Below, one piece after another: positions 50,654 to 53,168 of a DNA stretch of 53,168 nt; within the stretch, counting starts at the first letter, position 1; every line of letters starts with the position of its first letter. Origin of the DNA: Perkinsus chesapeaki ATCC PRA-425 (Eukaryota; Protista; Perkinsozoa). Location of the stretch: positions 1 through 53,168 of the forward strand of contig JAAPAO010000204.1 in NCBI GenBank assembly GCA_013115145.1. Reading direction: 5' to 3'. A program made the translations under genes and the position numbers. A model generated the notes under the pieces. The model worked only from the letters and a program-made list of their open reading frames with translations. It was not told the origin of the DNA and made no database searches.

Positions 50654-53168
50654 GTGAGAATCTTTCCATCACGGGAAATTTTAGTGCGACAACCAGCAGT
50701 CGTTCCTCCCAATGCGGAGTGAGCGGGCAGGCTACCTATCACCCTCTTTCAGACGGTTGTTGGATACATAATGATGTACGTACCCTTTCCGGTGGAGAAA
50801 AAAGAAGAACAGCTCGTTAGAGCGAAGCTGTGAGCAACGGATCGCTAATATCTTACGTTTCTCATACCGTCGATCAGATTGAAACCCAAGCAGAAGGGAA
50901 AGTTCGGCCGTATACACAGCGTAGGAGCTCAGTGATATGCGCCACAGCGCTTTTCAATTACCTTGGCTTCTCCGAGATAGGCAAATTTTCGAATTCCCTT
51001 CGCTTCCAATCTTTTTCACGTATTCGCTGAGCTTTCACATTATGTTCCGCATTGGTGCATGTTTTGTGTGGATTTCAGGTCGAAGTTGACAAAAACTATC
51101 AAAGACATGGTATTGGACGCCAACTTGTAACATACGCCATCGAGAAGGTTAGTATCGTAAGTTGGCTTTGGCTATGGACCAGTTGACCGTTTTTGGTTGT
51201 CTGACTATGATGCATCCGAATTCGGACTTATGCTATCACGGTTAGATATTATCTTAACTGGAATTCAATATATCAGTTAGTTTATGCCATAGGAGATATG
51301 TCACATGTTTAGGGAAGAAAAGCCAAAGACGCCCTTGCTATGACCCTGTGGGTCAGAAAGGATAACACGCCGGCAATCAGTCTGTACGAAAAGCTCAACT
51401 TTATCAATGTCGGTGGTAAGTAGAACTCTTGCAGCATCTTCAGCGATTTTCATTTCCAGACTATCTGGATGTTTATGAGTTTGCATATTATTATGCTAAG
51501 ACACGACCGACGACTTTGAGAAGGACAACACAAGCGTCTAGGCTGTAACCTCTACCCCAACCCTAACCCCCGTTGCACTGTAAAGCCTCGTCATTTAACG
51601 AGTATCTCATTGTTGGAGGCCTCGGGTGTGTTTATTTAGTAAGACTCTCACTATGAGAGTATCAGTTGGTCGACAACGCTTATGAACTTGATATAAATAT
51701 GTGACTGATTGGCACTTCGTTGATATTACGGAGTTATCTCAGAAGCATTATTCTCTAGAAGGCGGTTTTTGATACCTACACAAGACTTGAGTTCCGAAAG
51801 CTTTGTCACTTGTGCGTTTACTCGAATGAAGCTAAAAAGTTGAATAATCGGGATCCTCGAAAGCCATCACAGCGTCACATTCGTTTGGCTCATGGCACTA
51901 GCCACCTGATTGCCAAGAAATCATGATATCAATTTTGATTCTCGACTGAGACCAGCATTGATTATAGACTGTTCTTGCCTTACCACGAACAGTTCCATGT
52001 GGGGCTGGCTGACCGTGACCGGCAAGTTGAGCAGTTGGAAAACTAGGCAACCACTTGGTTGAAGCCTTGAGAGGATAGGAAAAGGGTCCAACGAACCTTG
52101 AATTTGGTTCCAATATTGAGTAACAGAATAAATCAGCACTATTGCTTTCACCGTGAATACACACTTATTTTCCTGTAATGGCTTCACACTATTGTCTCCC
52201 ACTCAAAAGTAGTCCGTGTGCAGTAACTTGATGGTTAGCTTATTGCGACAAGAGTGACCATTTAGTATTCTCCAGTTCTGTGACTGAACTCCCACGCGCT
52301 CATGAGATCAGAAAAAAACTCCAATGACGTTGTAACTCAGCAGTTCTTGAATGCAACTTTTTTCTCAGAGTCTTACTGTCGCGGAACAGCGATTTGACGA
52401 GTCATGACCAGAGGTATATTGTGTGAGGTAGCACGTGCTGAAATGACAAGGCTACATCATCCAACTCGATGAAACTGGACAGTTGTGCTTTCTCAAGTTC
52501 CTCCTACCATGAGAGCTCGGAATGACAAATCAATTTTAATACTTCAAGGACTAAGATGAGGACACGTTACTCAACTCGCATAATAATCGGCTTTTACATT
52601 GGTCAATACCATAAAACTCTTAGAAGTTCCTAATGTAACAAGTCTGCGGCTCGTACTGCTTATCACAATCCATTTGCTCAATCGATAATACCAACTTAGA
52701 CAAAAAGGTCGCATACACACTATAACATCACTCGAGTCTCTTGCTCGGGGGAGAAACACGTGCACTATCTCAATGTCACTCCCAATCAATATCATATAGT
52801 TACATTATAGACTATATGTAACAAAATTATGGCGTCACAGGCGTTGTCCCGTATGGTTACCATACTATGGTATTCCCTTAGCCCGATACGGTTGGATTTT
52901 CGTATTGCTATAAGAGGTCCTTTGGTCGAGTTAAATATCGCACGGGTTTCACAATGCACGCCAGCCTCCGACTACTGCAGTAGCACCCAGTGAAGTTGTC
53001 TCTAGTTGGTACTACATGGCGAAGCGTACAGTTCGTAATTGCTGATAAGCGGATTGAGCTTGCGAATGTAGCGGCTGTGAAATCTCCAGAGAATAAAGGG
53101 AGTACCGCACGCACACCCCAAATAATTTCAGACACAATGCACGAAACAAAGATATTGGATTTGCACTA

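Noticed and set aside
51545-51572. AACCCTAACCC telomere-like motif
   Set aside because: Fewer than two full units, so not an interstitial telomeric array.
51300-53168. Short ORFs with gag-like LPLFSG or subtilisin-prodomain-like NIQIVW words
   Set aside because: Matches of 5-6 aa with no consistent frame or splice model.

Overview
Eukaryotic, intron-rich scaffold. The gene content and short GT-AG introns point to a Perkinsus-like alveolate parasite (inference, not a database result). Most ORF-track entries are exon fragments or antisense noise, so I rebuilt the genes by hand from splice phase and protein motifs. Well-supported genes: a tandem pair of Cys-rich/mucin-repeat secreted proteins, an intronless subtilisin (S8), a 31-exon insulysin/IDE (M16A), Gemin2, a multi-exon cathepsin B-like protease, a CRAL-TRIO (Sec14-like) gene and RuvB-like 2. 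Less certain: a FAM133-like gene, a 4-TM protein, and several lineage-specific secreted ORFs or pseudogenes. Non-coding content includes decayed LINE-like relics, a pseudo-tRNA, five minisatellite arrays and two N gaps. There is no CRISPR array or rRNA. The most unusual signals are all intronic. (1) The same 52-bp minisatellite sits in introns of two unrelated genes 32 kb apart, in the same transcriptional orientation and with matching end points. (2) Two mini-introns share an identical 22-nt core. (3) A tRNA-3'-end-like sequence, including CCA, forms a splice donor. (4) ATCGATC dyad elements bracket one exon. The cathepsin B also has an atypical C-G (not C-W) active-site motif. Together these hint at intron-targeted, possibly RNA-templated DNA insertion, but this is a hypothesis and is not demonstrated.
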